64,000 nt of DNA from Bdellovibrionales bacterium (GTDB taxonomy: Bacteria > Bdellovibrionota > Bdellovibrionia > Bdellovibrionales > UBA1609): NCBI GenBank assembly GCA_965243065.1, contig CBDETO010000005.1:387323-451322 (forward strand), given 5' to 3'. The notes beneath the pieces are model-generated. The model saw only the letters and a list, made by a program, of their open reading frames with translations. It did no database searches and was not told where the DNA came from. Shown here in pieces: positions 27,702 to 37,202 of the stretch. Positions within the stretch are counted from its first letter, which is position 1. Each line of letters starts with the position of its first letter. A program made the translations under genes and the position numbers.

Positions 27702-28496
27702 ATGAAATTACTTTTAACTGTTTTATTGTGCATGCCGTTTTTAAGTTTGGCCTCTATTAATTTAGAGACACAAAACCAGCTAGGCTCCGGTGATCCTGAC
27801 GAACCTTTCATACCTTACATTAAGTTAGAGGTACAAAAACTATCTTATGGTACTGGACTGCCTAACGATGTTACAGACTTACCTTTTATTAGGCCGGTTG
27901 ATGATCCTTATGATCCTGTTTTTCCGGAACCTTTAACTGTATTAGATAAAAAGGCAAAAGAAGCGGCGGTTGATTTTTGCATAAATGATGCGGAAGGGAT
28001 GCAGAATGATTGCATTCAACTTCTGACTTCTCGTATTGAACAGTGCGGAAGAGCGGAATCGTTCCAGGCGACTATAAAATTTTTTAGTAGAGATGATTAC
28101 CTTACGAAACTTCTAGATGCCTATGATTCGCAAATTAAATGTCTTAACAGAAGTGGTTTCCTTATAGAGAAAATGGAAATGGCTGTTAGACCATGGGATC
28201 CTGATGCTTGGCCTTACCTGCTTGTGCCTGAGCTGCCCCCCCCCCTGGAGGACCCCTCAGAGGACTTAGATGATGATGATGATAAGGACTTATCGAGCCT
28301 CCACACAGCCCCGCTTGAGTATGCTTCGAAAGATGATGATGAAGAAATTGTCCCTTTTTTAGAGCCTCGTCCTGAACTCATAAAACCTTGCTCTCCCGAC
28401 GGTCACGGTGCTGGCCCTAACTCTGGTAGTGGTCTTGGTTCCGGTGGTGGTGGGCCTGCTTTTGGTGATAGTTATGATGGACCTTGCTTTTTTTAA
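27702..28496 (+). CDS. secreted acidic protein, unknown function, Gly-rich Cys-containing C-terminus
   Basis: It has a signal peptide (MKLLLTVLLCMPFLSLAS), a poly-Asp tract and a C-terminal ...GSGLGSGGGGPAFGDSYDGPCFF. No family was recognised. Confidence 0.5.
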   Translation: MKLLLTVLLCMPFLSLASINLETQNQLGSGDPDEPFIPYIKLEVQKLSYGTGLPNDVTDLPFIRPVDDPYDPVFPEPLTVLDKKAKEAAVDFCINDAEGMQNDCIQLLTSRIEQCGRAESFQATIKFFSRDDYLTKLLDAYDSQIKCLNRSGFLIEKMEMAVRPWDPDAWPYLLVPELPPPLEDPSEDLDDDDDKDLSSLHTAPLEYASKDDDEEIVPFLEPRPELIKPCSPDGHGAGPNSGSGLGSGGGGPAFGDSYDGPCFF

Positions 28497-28545
28497 GTCA
28501 GGGTTCCTTTTACAAGCGTTTGTTACTACTAATCAAGATATTTTT

Positions 28546-28731
28546 TCAGTTATGAGCGAGTTTTGACTCAATTAACTTGTCCAGCTTTTTTTCTATTCTA
28601 TCCATACGTTTTTCTAAACGAACTTGTCCAGTTTTGACCGGACCTAAAAGAAGATTAAAGACAAGGCCCAACCCGGTAAGAACAGCGACAAAAGCTATTA
28701 CTGCTTGAAAAAGGGGGGTAAATTGTTTCAT
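28546..28731 (-). CDS. small single-pass membrane protein, unknown function
   Basis: 61 aa from the internal ATG (MKQFTPLFQAVIAFVAVLTGLGLVF...), followed by a short coiled coil. Support is weak. Confidence 0.3.
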   Translation of the reverse strand: MKQFTPLFQAVIAFVAVLTGLGLVFNLLLGPVKTGQVRLEKRMDRIEKKLDKLIESKLAHN

Positions 28732-28815
28732 GCGTATTATGATAATAAAAAATCTTATCATACGCAAGAGACTAGCTTAAAAAACTAAAAGATGTCGTTT
28801 GTTTTAATTGGAAAG

Positions 28816-28965
28816 TTCACCAATAAAAACCCTTTGGGTTTGAAGTAGAGGATAAATTTGTCATAGATTTTACCGTAGTTCACCAATAAAAACCCTTTGG
28901 GTTTAAAAGAGTGGTAAATTTGTCATAGATTTTACCGTAGTTCACCAATAAAAACCCTTTGGGTT
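28816..28965. repeat. 62-bp tandem repeat array (2.5 units)
   Basis: TTCACCAATAAAAACCCTTTGGGTTTAAAAGAGTGGTAAATTTGTCATAGATTTTACCGTAG repeats at 28816, 28879 and 28941. Confidence 0.85.
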
Positions 28966-28978
28966 AATGATGAATCTG

Positions 28979-29088
28979 TCGGAAGAGAATAGGGCTTAAA
29001 AGGCTCGGACATGCGGTTTGCCACAGAGCAACCTTTGGTTGCTCGTATGTCAAATCCGAACTCGCTTTTAAGCCCTATTCTCTTCCGA
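28979..29088. repeat. PAL palindromic repeat inserted in the 62-bp array
   Basis: TCGGAAGAGAATAGGGCTTAAAAGGCTCGGACATGCGG...CTTTTAAGCCCTATTCTCTTCCGA. Confidence 0.8.
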
Positions 29089-29112
29089 AAGAAGCTTTTT
29101 TCTTTATGTGAG

Positions 29113-29214
29113 AGATTTTACCAAAGTTTATCAAATAAAACCCTTTGGGTTTAAAAGAGTGGTAAATTTGTCATAGATTTTACCGTAGTTCACCAATAAA
29201 AACCCTTTGGGTTT
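29113..29214. repeat. 62-bp tandem repeat array (continuation); last hairpin overlaps the S8 peptidase stop codon
   Basis: Same unit as 28816-28965. AAACCCTTTGGGTTT at 29200-29214 includes the TAA (complement of 29213-29215). Confidence 0.8.
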
Positions 29215-30658
29215 AGTTTTTGTTGAAGAACCATCGTTTTAGAATAGATTGTTTTTTTTGGTTTTTGGAAGAAGGGTTACGCCCTAGGTTTTCCTTGTTT
29301 TTTACAGTTTCTTTTTTTGATGAATTTATTACTTCAGTTGGTTTTCCTTGTAGAACTTCATTAACCATTTTTATTTCCGATAAATCTTTTAGACTGAGAG
29401 GGCCTCCTTGGACAAAAGAAGAAATATCTCTGTCGGATTCGAATATTTTTCCGCTGGGATCTACCACAGTCTCATCCATGAAATTGAGGTTTTTTCCTCG
29501 GGCTTGTAATGCTTTAAAAATGTTAAGCCGTCTTCTTTGGCTGGTTTTTCCAACTAAACTTTGTTTAATATCTCCTGTCATCTTTAGCTGCTTTATAACA
29601 AAATGGGCTGTTTTATTTTTGTAATAATCCATCACGAGCACAGCCGCTCCCGTGGCTACGGCTGTTGCCTGGGAAGTTCCTGTCATGCGTCCGTATTTTC
29701 CTCCTGGGAGAGTGGATAAGATGTTGTAACCGGGAGCTGATTTGTGGACGGTCTTTTGCCCCCAGTTGCTGCTTCTTAAAACTTTATCTGAATGATCTGT
29801 AGCCGTTACAGGGAGGATGTTGCTTAGTTCGTATTTAGCCGGGTAATAACCGCTTTTATCCATGTTTGATTTTTCATTTCCGGAAGCGGCCACAAAAAGA
29901 ATACCTTTTCGTTCTGCCTCTTGAATAGCTTGTTTTTCTCTTTCATTTCCATTTAGCCCGCCGCCGGAGTAGTTTATGATATGTGCCCCGTTTTGAATAG
30001 CATAATGGATGGCTTTAATTGTATTATTTAAGTTATTTTTTCCATTATCATTTATATCATAATACTTAAGCGTCATTAGACTAACTTTAGGGGCCACTCC
30101 ACTGATACCAATACCATTTCCTCCTTCGGCTCCGATAATCCCGGCTATGTGGGTGCCGTGTCCATGAGTGTCTTTAATATTGTTGTTGTTTTTAACAAAG
30201 TTCCAGCCGTTTATATCATCTATATAACCGTTTTTGTCATCGTCTAGGCCATTTCCTGGAATTTCCTTTTTGTTGACCCATATATTTGCTTTGAGATCAG
30301 GATGATTTATATCCGTACCTGTATCTATAATAGCTACAATAATATCTTTGCTTCCTTTAGAAAACTTAAGCCAGGCGTCTTTTACATTGGTTTTTTGTAA
30401 ATCCCACTTTTTTTTCATCAGAGGGTCGCTCATAATGAGTTGCACTTCTTTTTCCGGCTCTTTTTCCTGTTTGGCTGTGCCTAGACTAATATGTCTTTTA
30501 GGTGGTGTGCCAGTTGTGGCATTTTCTTCCCCTTTTTGTTGTATTTTATGGGCGGCTTTTTGTTTCTCTTTGCTGTTTTGAAATAGAGTGTTTTTATTTT
30601 TTTCCGCCAGGGCTAAAGGAATAAAAAGGCTAAAAACGACTAGTAGAATCTTATTCAT
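29213..30658 (-). CDS. secreted subtilisin-like serine peptidase (S8 family)
   Basis: The catalytic triad contexts are AIIDTGTD, HGTHIAGIIG and GTSQATAVATGAA. The start is set at MNKILLVVFSLFIPLALA (signal peptide) rather than the track start at 30715. Confidence 0.9.
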   Translation of the reverse strand: MNKILLVVFSLFIPLALAEKNKNTLFQNSKEKQKAAHKIQQKGEENATTGTPPKRHISLGTAKQEKEPEKEVQLIMSDPLMKKKWDLQKTNVKDAWLKFSKGSKDIIVAIIDTGTDINHPDLKANIWVNKKEIPGNGLDDDKNGYIDDINGWNFVKNNNNIKDTHGHGTHIAGIIGAEGGNGIGISGVAPKVSLMTLKYYDINDNGKNNLNNTIKAIHYAIQNGAHIINYSGGGLNGNEREKQAIQEAERKGILFVAASGNEKSNMDKSGYYPAKYELSNILPVTATDHSDKVLRSSNWGQKTVHKSAPGYNILSTLPGGKYGRMTGTSQATAVATGAAVLVMDYYKNKTAHFVIKQLKMTGDIKQSLVGKTSQRRRLNIFKALQARGKNLNFMDETVVDPSGKIFESDRDISSFVQGGPLSLKDLSEIKMVNEVLQGKPTEVINSSKKETVKNKENLGRNPSSKNQKKQSILKRWFFNKN

Positions 30659-30727
30659 AATATTTTCTGTATCGGCTGTTTTGTGTCTGACTTCAATTTT
30701 TATATGTCCCGGCAATTAATTAGGGCT

Positions 30728-30843
30728 AGATTCCCGCTTTTGCCTCCTATTCTCTCCTGAAGAGCTGATCTCTATCCTGCTTTGTATGTCATCCCCATAG
30801 CTAACAGGAAGCCATTTTGTCAGCGAATTAGTGAACATTTACA
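30728..30843. repeat. MITE right-arm segment upstream of the S8 peptidase gene
   Basis: GATTCCCGCTTTTGCCTCCTATTCTCTCCTGAAGAGCTGATCTCTATCC...TTTTGTCAGCGAATTAGTGAACATTTACA. Confidence 0.75.
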
Positions 30844-30987
30844 GGGGGGGATGACACGAAAAAATAGGTGAAATAAGTAAAAAGGAAAGCCGGGGTAAGA
30901 AATAAGAATTGACAATTTGACTCTCACCCCACTTTCATTTAACTTTAGTCTTAGAGGAAAACTTTAAATATTTTGGAAGCTTCAAAC

Positions 30988-31302
30988 ATGGTGTCTATTT
31001 CAAAAAATCCATTAAAAACTTACGAAGTACGAATTGGAGACTGCTCTTTACGAGTAAAATCTGCCCATAATTCTAATACTTTGAATGAAATTATTCAAGT
31101 GGTTGAGCAGCAGATCCGTTCTTCAAGAGCAAATAATCGGGCTTTATCCATGCAAAAAACATTTGCTCTATCTTGCCTGAATATGGCTGAAGAATTGGTT
31201 TGTCTCAAAAAAGCTGTACGGCTGAAATTAGATCATTTGGAATCTTCCGCTCAATCTGTTTTTTCTGAATTGAAGTCTTCCTCTGTAAGCGTATCAAAAT
31301 AA
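30988..31302 (+). CDS. zapA: cell division protein ZapA
   Basis: 104 aa of ZapA-like size and pattern (YEVRIGDCSLRVKS...LNMAEEL...), upstream of a 5-formyl-THF cyclo-ligase as in many bacteria. Confidence 0.7.
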   Translation: MVSISKNPLKTYEVRIGDCSLRVKSAHNSNTLNEIIQVVEQQIRSSRANNRALSMQKTFALSCLNMAEELVCLKKAVRLKLDHLESSAQSVFSELKSSSVSVSK

Positions 31303-31359
31303 CAAATTTAAAATCTTGTTATTTTTTAATTCGCTTATTTATAAAAAAGGGGGGAGATC

Positions 31360-32013
31360 TTGTCTCAGGTTATTCATCTAAAGAAAAAAGTTCATTTTTC
31401 AAATAAATCCTCAAAAATGAAGTTGAGAGGCGCGTTTCGAGAGAAAATCCAACAGCATGATAAAAAGGAAAACTGTAATCAGCAAGCTGATAGGCAGCTA
31501 TCGGAGATCTTATCTCGATTGGATATTTGGGAAAACGGATTAACTGTAGCGAGTTATTATGCTCTGCCGGGGGAGATATCCCCCTCTGTGTTTCAACAGA
31601 AATACCACCAGAAATTAAAATTTGTTTTCCCTCAAATGCGAGAAGGAAAGCACAGCTTTGTTTCAGCCGTTTTGGATAAAGGCGAAGATTGGGAAAAAAG
31701 CCCCTGGGGAGGATGGCAGCCTTCTGGTGCAAAACAGGTTTCTTTATCTGAAATTGATGTGTGTTTTGTACCGGCATTGGCCTTTGATCGGGAGGGTCGT
31801 AGGTTAGGACGGGGTAAGGGTTTTTATGATCGTATTTTGTCTCAGTTCACGGGGTTAAAGCTGGGTTTAGCTCATGTTTTTCAAATATGTAACTCTACTT
31901 TACCGGAGGAGAGTCACGATATCAGAGTGGATGCTGTTTTGACCAGTCATTTTATGTTTGTCCTCTCCGACCGATGGTCCCTGTTTAATGTGAAGAAGAA
32001 AGTGAAGGTATAA
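31360..32013 (+). CDS. 5-formyltetrahydrofolate cyclo-ligase
   Basis: VPALAFDREGRRLGRGKGFYDR motif. It has a TTG start. Confidence 0.8.
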   Translation: MSQVIHLKKKVHFSNKSSKMKLRGAFREKIQQHDKKENCNQQADRQLSEILSRLDIWENGLTVASYYALPGEISPSVFQQKYHQKLKFVFPQMREGKHSFVSAVLDKGEDWEKSPWGGWQPSGAKQVSLSEIDVCFVPALAFDREGRRLGRGKGFYDRILSQFTGLKLGLAHVFQICNSTLPEESHDIRVDAVLTSHFMFVLSDRWSLFNVKKKVKV

Positions 32014-32017
32014 TTTA

Positions 32018-33595
32018 ATGATAGATTCATTTTGGATGTTGATGAGTGCTTTATCAGGTTTTCTCCTGGGTTCTTTTGTTTTTCTTTTTTATCTACGGCT
32101 TTTTCAAAAGCGTAGAAAAAAGCACCTTAAAAAAGAAGTCAACTTTATTATTAATCAGGCTAAATCTAAAGCGATGCGAATGGAAAAGAGTGCGCTTTCT
32201 AGGGCCAGAGATATGGAACGAAAGATGAAAAGCAAGGTGGAAGCCGAAATCCGTAAGGAAAAGAAACAAATAGAGGATATAAAATATCAGGCAGAGAGGC
32301 GTAAAGCTCGTTTGGAAAGAGACCTAAGAAGAAAAACAGAAGAGATGGAGAGTCAGATTAAAGACCTGGAAAAACAAAAAGAAGTATCTCATATAATGGA
32401 ACAGCAGCTGGAAAAAGCGACAAAAAAAACAAATGAAAAGTGGGAGGAGCTAAATACTATAATGGAAAAGGCGGCCAGTTTGACCAAGGAACAGGCAAGG
32501 GAAGAGATAAAAAGAAACATGAAAGAGGAAGTGCAAAAGGAAATTCTGCCCCAATTAATAGATATGGAAAAGAAACTAAAAGAAGAGTCAGAGAAAAAAG
32601 CCAGATTAATTCTATCTCAAGCTATAGCTCGTTTTGCTTCGGAAGTTTCTACAGAAAGAACCACCACTTCCATCCCGATAAAAGGGGAGGAGACAAAAGG
32701 AAAAATTATTGGCCGGGAAGGCCGTAATATAAGAGCTTTAGAGGCGGCTTGTGGTGTGGATATTATTATTGATGAAAGCCAGGAAATTATTTTGATCTCT
32801 GGCTTTGACTCTGTTCGGAGAGAGGTGGCCGTGCGATCTATTCATCAATTGTTGGAAGAGGGGCGTGTGCATCCCGCCCGTATTGAAGAGGTCGTTGGAA
32901 AAAGCAAAAGAAATATATTTGTCTCTATGGGGGAAGAGGGCAGGCAAGTGTGTTTTGATTTAGGTATTCATGATGTAAAACCGGCTCTTATAGAGGTTTT
33001 AGGTTCTTTAAAGTATCGGTTTATAGAAGGGAATACCGTTCTTAAGAGTAGTATTGAAGTGGCTCATTTAGCGGGTCTTATTGCCAATGAGTTGGGTTCT
33101 GACGAAAAAATAGCAAAGAGAGCCGGTCTCTTTCATGCTGTCGGTTTGGGTGTGGATCATCGTATAGAAGGTAGTTATTCCTTGGTAGGAGCGGAATATG
33201 CCAGGAAACACGGAGAGTCACCAGCCGTGTGTCAGGCTATCCGCTGTCATAGAGGGGAAGTTCCTGCCCAGTCTATTGTAGATCATATTGTACAGTCTGC
33301 TCATAATCTCTTTCGTGAACGACCAGGGGCACGAAGAGAGGTTATAGAAAATTATATTAACAGGATGAAGGATATGGAGTCTGTAGCTAATAGTTTTGAT
33401 GGAGTGATCAGGAGTTTTGCTATTAGAATCGGAAAAGAAATTAGAGTATTAGTGGATAGTGGAAAAGTAACGGATGAGCAGTCTTTTATGTTGAGTCGTG
33501 ACATAGCTGAGAAAATAACAAAAGAAATGGACGAACCTGGTCAGCTCACAGTTAGTGTGGTGCGGGAGTGCCGAATGGTGGAGCAAGCCAGATAG
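32018..33595 (+). CDS. rny: ribonuclease Y
   Basis: It has an N-terminal TM helix, a long coiled coil, a KH domain ([12 protein letters not shown]) and an HD domain (SIEVAHLAG...FHAVG). Confidence 0.93.
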   Translation: MIDSFWMLMSALSGFLLGSFVFLFYLRLFQKRRKKHLKKEVNFIINQAKSKAMRMEKSALSRARDMERKMKSKVEAEIRKEKKQIEDIKYQAERRKARLERDLRRKTEEMESQIKDLEKQKEVSHIMEQQLEKATKKTNEKWEELNTIMEKAASLTKEQAREEIKRNMKEEVQKEILPQLIDMEKKLKEESEKKARLILSQAIARFASEVSTERTTTSIPIKGEETKGKIIGREGRNIRALEAACGVDIIIDESQEIILISGFDSVRREVAVRSIHQLLEEGRVHPARIEEVVGKSKRNIFVSMGEEGRQVCFDLGIHDVKPALIEVLGSLKYRFIEGNTVLKSSIEVAHLAGLIANELGSDEKIAKRAGLFHAVGLGVDHRIEGSYSLVGAEYARKHGESPAVCQAIRCHRGEVPAQSIVDHIVQSAHNLFRERPGARREVIENYINRMKDMESVANSFDGVIRSFAIRIGKEIRVLVDSGKVTDEQSFMLSRDIAEKITKEMDEPGQLTVSVVRECRMVEQAR

Positions 33596-33599
33596 GTGT

Positions 33600-34829
33600 A
33601 TGGGTATGCAGATGAGTCCTGAAGAGCAAGTGAAGAAAATCCGCTTTGGATCTGTGGATTTTGTTTCAGAAGAAGAACTTTTAAAAAAACTGGTAAAGAG
33701 TTTTACGCAAAAAAAACCTTTAAAAATTAAAGCGGGTTTTGATCCCAGTCGGCCTGACCTGCATTTAGGGCATGCTGTATTATTAAACAAACTTAAGCAG
33801 TTTCAGGATTTAGGGCATCAGGTTATTTTTCTTATTGGGGATTTTACAGCGCGGATAGGAGACCCTTCTGGTTCGGATAAAACGCGTCCGGTTTTAAGCT
33901 CAGCCCAGGTAAAGGAGAATGCAAAAACCTATTCCAGACAGGTGTTTAAAATTTTGGATCGAGATAAGACAACTGTGTGTTTTAATTCTCAATGGATGGA
34001 TAAAATGCTAGCCGGAGAGCTTATTTCTGTAGCAAGTAAATATACCATTGCGCGTATGTTGGAGAGGGACGATTTTTCTAACCGTTTTAAGACAAATAAA
34101 TCTATCTGTGTTCATGAGTTTTTATACCCTCTTGTGCAGGGTTATGATTCTGTTGTTTTAAAAGCGGATGTGGAGTTGGGGGGTACAGATCAGTTGTTTA
34201 ATCTCCTGGTAGGGCGGGAATTGCAAAAAAGAAGCGGACAGGAACCACAGTGTGTTTTAACAGTACCGGTTTTAGAAGGTACGGATGGAGTGCAAAAAAT
34301 GTCCAAAAGTTATGATAACTATATTGCTATTGAAAATTCCCCCAGGGAGATCTTTGGTAAAACAATGAAGCTCAGTGACCCATTGATGATTCGTTATTAC
34401 AAGCTTCTTACGGATAAAACAAATGAGGAAATAAGGAAATTAAAGGAGGATTTGAAATCGGGGAAAGCTCATCCTATGGCGGTTAAAAAAGAGTTGGCTT
34501 GTTTTTTTGTTGAGCGGTTTTACAGTGCCTCTCAGGCGGAAAAAGAAAAAGAGCATTTTGAAAATATTTTTTCCAGACAGGGCATGCCTTCTGATATTCA
34601 AGAGCATATTTTTTCTCCCAAAGAGGAAGGTGTATGGATCTGTCATCTTATTCGTGAAGTGGGATTTTCATCCTCTACAAGTGAGGCCCGGCGGCTTGTT
34701 CAAGGTTTAGCCGTGGAGATTAATGGGAAAAAGGTTCGGGATGATAATTTAAAAATGGATTTAAAAAAAGGAGACGAATTTATTCTCAAGGCGGGAAAGA
34801 GAAGGTTTGCTAAAATAAAAGTAATGTAG
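33600..34829 (+). CDS. tyrS: tyrosine-tRNA ligase (type 2)
   Basis: HLGH and KMSKS signatures with a C-terminal S4-like domain. The start is moved to ATG 33600, just after the rny stop. Confidence 0.92.
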   Translation: MGMQMSPEEQVKKIRFGSVDFVSEEELLKKLVKSFTQKKPLKIKAGFDPSRPDLHLGHAVLLNKLKQFQDLGHQVIFLIGDFTARIGDPSGSDKTRPVLSSAQVKENAKTYSRQVFKILDRDKTTVCFNSQWMDKMLAGELISVASKYTIARMLERDDFSNRFKTNKSICVHEFLYPLVQGYDSVVLKADVELGGTDQLFNLLVGRELQKRSGQEPQCVLTVPVLEGTDGVQKMSKSYDNYIAIENSPREIFGKTMKLSDPLMIRYYKLLTDKTNEEIRKLKEDLKSGKAHPMAVKKELACFFVERFYSASQAEKEKEHFENIFSRQGMPSDIQEHIFSPKEEGVWICHLIREVGFSSSTSEARRLVQGLAVEINGKKVRDDNLKMDLKKGDEFILKAGKRRFAKIKVM

Positions 34830-34892
34830 TGTTAGTGGGGAGTTTAAAAGTTTGGCTAATCAAAAAATAATACCCAATGGGATATAGTGCTT

Positions 34893-35027
34893 TTCCTAAG
34901 AGAATAGGAGTCAAAGGGCTTCAAACATGCGTTTTGCCACAGAGCAACCTTTGGTTGCTCGTGTGTCAAGCTTGTCCCCGCGAAAGCGGGGATCCGAACT
35001 CGCTTTTGACCCCTATTCTCTTAGGAA
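34893..35027. repeat. PAL palindromic repeat with nested mini-hairpin
   Basis: TTCCTAAGAGAATAGGAGTCAAAGGG...CAAGCTTGTCCCCGCGAAAGCGGGGATCCGAACTCG...CCTATTCTCTTAGGAA. Confidence 0.8.
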
Positions 35028-35066
35028 GATAGACATATAGGTTTTTATTTTATGTAAACATTAAGG

Positions 35067-35185
35067 TATATCGATCGTGTTTGAAAACTCTGGATGGAAA
35101 GGCTTGGTTACGTCGGAGGAAAGAACCAAAAAGTTATGCAAAAAACTTGTCCCTTTGGAAACAGGGATAATACCCTCCGGGTATA
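35067..35185. repeat. family-C repeat upstream of fdx
   Basis: TATATCGATCGTGTTTGAAAACTCTGG...GGAGGAAAGAACCAAAAAGTTATGCAAAAAA...ATAATACCCTCCGGGTATA. Confidence 0.75.
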
Positions 35186-35198
35186 GGGAGTTTAAAAA

Positions 35199-35744
35199 AT
35201 GAAGGTTAAATTTTTACCTCAGAATATGTCTTTGGAGATAAAACCGGGGCAGAGTGTGATGGACTTAGCAAAGGAAAACAAACTACCGGTGAGTTCATCC
35301 TGTAACGGCATGTGCGCCTGTGCAGAATGTCGTGTCTATATTGTAAAAGGAGAGGCCCATATTCTTCCCCCTTCCTCCCGGGAAGTGGAACTGATAGGGG
35401 GAGGGTATTTTATTGATAACAGGCGCTTATCCTGTCAGTTATTTTGTTTTGGTGATGTGACTGTTGACTTATCGGAGCAGGTGGAAAGGCACAAACAGGG
35501 TGGGGCTGTTAAAAAACAACTTTTAAAACAACTTTCTAAAGATAAAACAGAAGGCAGTTCTTCTGTAGGGGGGATATTGGTTGAACAGGATCAGGAGATC
35601 AATAAAATACAAGTTCCTGAGACAGATGAAAAGAAAACAAGGGAAAAGAAAAGAAAAACCGGTTCTGGTAAAAACAGAAAGTTTCATTATGGAAGAAAAA
35701 GAAGACACTCTTTTAAAAAAAACCAAAAAGTTACGGAAAAATAA
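35199..35744 (+). CDS. 2Fe-2S ferredoxin (adrenodoxin-type) with Lys-rich C-terminal tail
   Basis: CNGMCACAEC (C-x5-C-x2-C) plus the distal RLSCQ Cys. The last codons (KVTEK*) lie inside a family-C repeat. Confidence 0.75.
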   Translation: MKVKFLPQNMSLEIKPGQSVMDLAKENKLPVSSSCNGMCACAECRVYIVKGEAHILPPSSREVELIGGGYFIDNRRLSCQLFCFGDVTVDLSEQVERHKQGGAVKKQLLKQLSKDKTEGSSSVGGILVEQDQEINKIQVPETDEKKTREKKRKTGSGKNRKFHYGRKRRHSFKKNQKVTEK

Positions 35745-35758
35745 TATCCTTTGGATAT
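35721..35758. repeat. family-C repeat right end shared by the 3' ends of fdx and the acyl-CoA dehydrogenase gene
   Basis: AACCAAAAAGTTACGGAAAAATAATATCCTTTGGATAT. Compare 38529-38563 and 58600-58632. Confidence 0.7.
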
Positions 35759-36924
35759 AATTCTTTTGTTATGTTTTTTTCTAAGGCTTCGTTGGTGCCG
35801 CCGCCTATTTCCATGAGTTTGGCATCCCGCCACAATCGTTCTACATTATACTCTCCCACATAGCCAAAGCCACCTAGCACCTGAATGGCTCTGTCGGCCA
35901 CTCTTTTTCCCATCTGTGCGCAAATCAGTTTTGCTGCATCAGAAGGCAATCTTTGTCCCGATTGATTCAGGTTCATGGTTCTGGCAATGTTATAAACATA
36001 AGTTCTACAAGCCATGTACTCTGCATAGCTTTCGGCCAGATATTTTTGAATTTGTCCGAATTTCCTTAGACTTTGTCCGAAAGACTGTCGTTCGCTGGCG
36101 TATTTATTCATTTCATTCAAACATCTTTTAGCAATACCCAGGCTCATGGCCGCCAGGCTCAGTCTTTCTATCTCCAGATTTTTCATCATGTGGACAAGTG
36201 ACTGGCCTTCCTTGCCAATAAGGTTTTCTTTTGGAATTTGACATTGAGTGAATACAAGCTCTGCTGTGTTGGAAGATCTCATTCCTGTCTTGTCTCTAAT
36301 TTTTTGTCCCACTTTATAACCTGTAAAATCTCTTTGTATAAGAAAGGTGGATATTTCTTTTTTATTGGATTGGGCGTAAAGGAGGACGCAGTCAGCAGGT
36401 GTGTTATTTTCGTCTTGAGTGCCATTAGTGATCCACATTTTTTGGCCGTTTAAAATAAAATGTTCTTTTTCTCTTGTAAATCGGGATTGCATTCCAAAAA
36501 CATCGGTACCGGCAGAGGCTTCTGACATGGCCATAGCCCCTATCCATTCTCCTGAGCAGAGTTTGGGCAGCCAGCGTTTTTTTTGTTCTTCATTGGCGTT
36601 TTGGGAAATATTATGGGTACAGAGCATAGCATGGGCCAGATAAGCCAGGCAAAAACCAGGGTCAGAGCTGCTTAATTCTTCATGTGCGATCACGGCAGAT
36701 AAAGCATCCATGCCAGCCCCTCCCCATTCTGGATCCACGGTTATACCTAAAAGCCCTAAAGTTCCTATTTTTTTGAATAATTTTAAATTAAACCGCTCTT
36801 CCCGGTCATGTTGGAGGGCTTGTGTTTCCACTTCTTCTTTTATAAATGAGGCTAGAGTTTGCCGGAGCATTTGGTGTTCTTCTGTAGGTTGAAATAAATC
36901 GTATTTTTTCCAATCTGATGCCAT
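35731..36924 (-). CDS. acyl-CoA dehydrogenase, isovaleryl-CoA dehydrogenase-like
   Basis: 397 aa from the internal ATG. ACAD motifs are present. MEIGGGTNE has Gly at the MCAD-type catalytic Glu position, as in IVD. The C-terminal YPKDIIFP* is encoded by the repeat hairpin ATATCCTTTGGATAT. Confidence 0.85.
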   Translation of the reverse strand: MASDWKKYDLFQPTEEHQMLRQTLASFIKEEVETQALQHDREERFNLKLFKKIGTLGLLGITVDPEWGGAGMDALSAVIAHEELSSSDPGFCLAYLAHAMLCTHNISQNANEEQKKRWLPKLCSGEWIGAMAMSEASAGTDVFGMQSRFTREKEHFILNGQKMWITNGTQDENNTPADCVLLYAQSNKKEISTFLIQRDFTGYKVGQKIRDKTGMRSSNTAELVFTQCQIPKENLIGKEGQSLVHMMKNLEIERLSLAAMSLGIAKRCLNEMNKYASERQSFGQSLRKFGQIQKYLAESYAEYMACRTYVYNIARTMNLNQSGQRLPSDAAKLICAQMGKRVADRAIQVLGGFGYVGEYNVERLWRDAKLMEIGGGTNEALEKNITKELYPKDIIFP

Positions 36925-37202
36925 TAAAATACCGCTCTTTTCTGGTAGAAGTTTATATATAACTATGAAAAGTTTAGCATATTTTGCCAAAAAAACCTAC
37001 TATGGTGAAGAGAACCTCCATCCTGTTTGATTTTTGAAACCCTGTTTTTTACCTAAATAAGGAGTCAACAGAGCCATATTAAGCTGATTTTTTATTGGAG
37101 ATTTTATTGTTTATGGTATAATTCTTTATGCTAGAATTTTTATATCGGAGGAAAGAACTAAAAAGTTACGGAAAAATAAAGCTCTTTTGATATATTTTAC
37201 TT

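Noticed and set aside
28816-29214. Regularly spaced ~62-bp repeats (also at 21491-23605) that could be mistaken for a CRISPR array
   Set aside because: The units abut head to tail with no unique spacers between them, the period equals the repeat length, and there are no cas genes in the window. This is a tandem repeat, not a CRISPR array.
31303-31359. Possible 6S RNA (ssrS) between zapA and the 5-formyl-THF cyclo-ligase gene, as in the E. coli zapA-ssrS-ygfA synteny
   Set aside because: The gap is only 57 bp, far too short for a ~180-nt 6S RNA. The 257 bp upstream of zapA shows no obvious long irregular hairpin either.
33555-33599. Track start of tyrS at 33555, overlapping rny by 41 nt
   Set aside because: The overlap region encodes [15 protein letters not shown], which is not TyrRS-like. 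ATG 33600, directly after the rny stop, gives a normal N-terminus.
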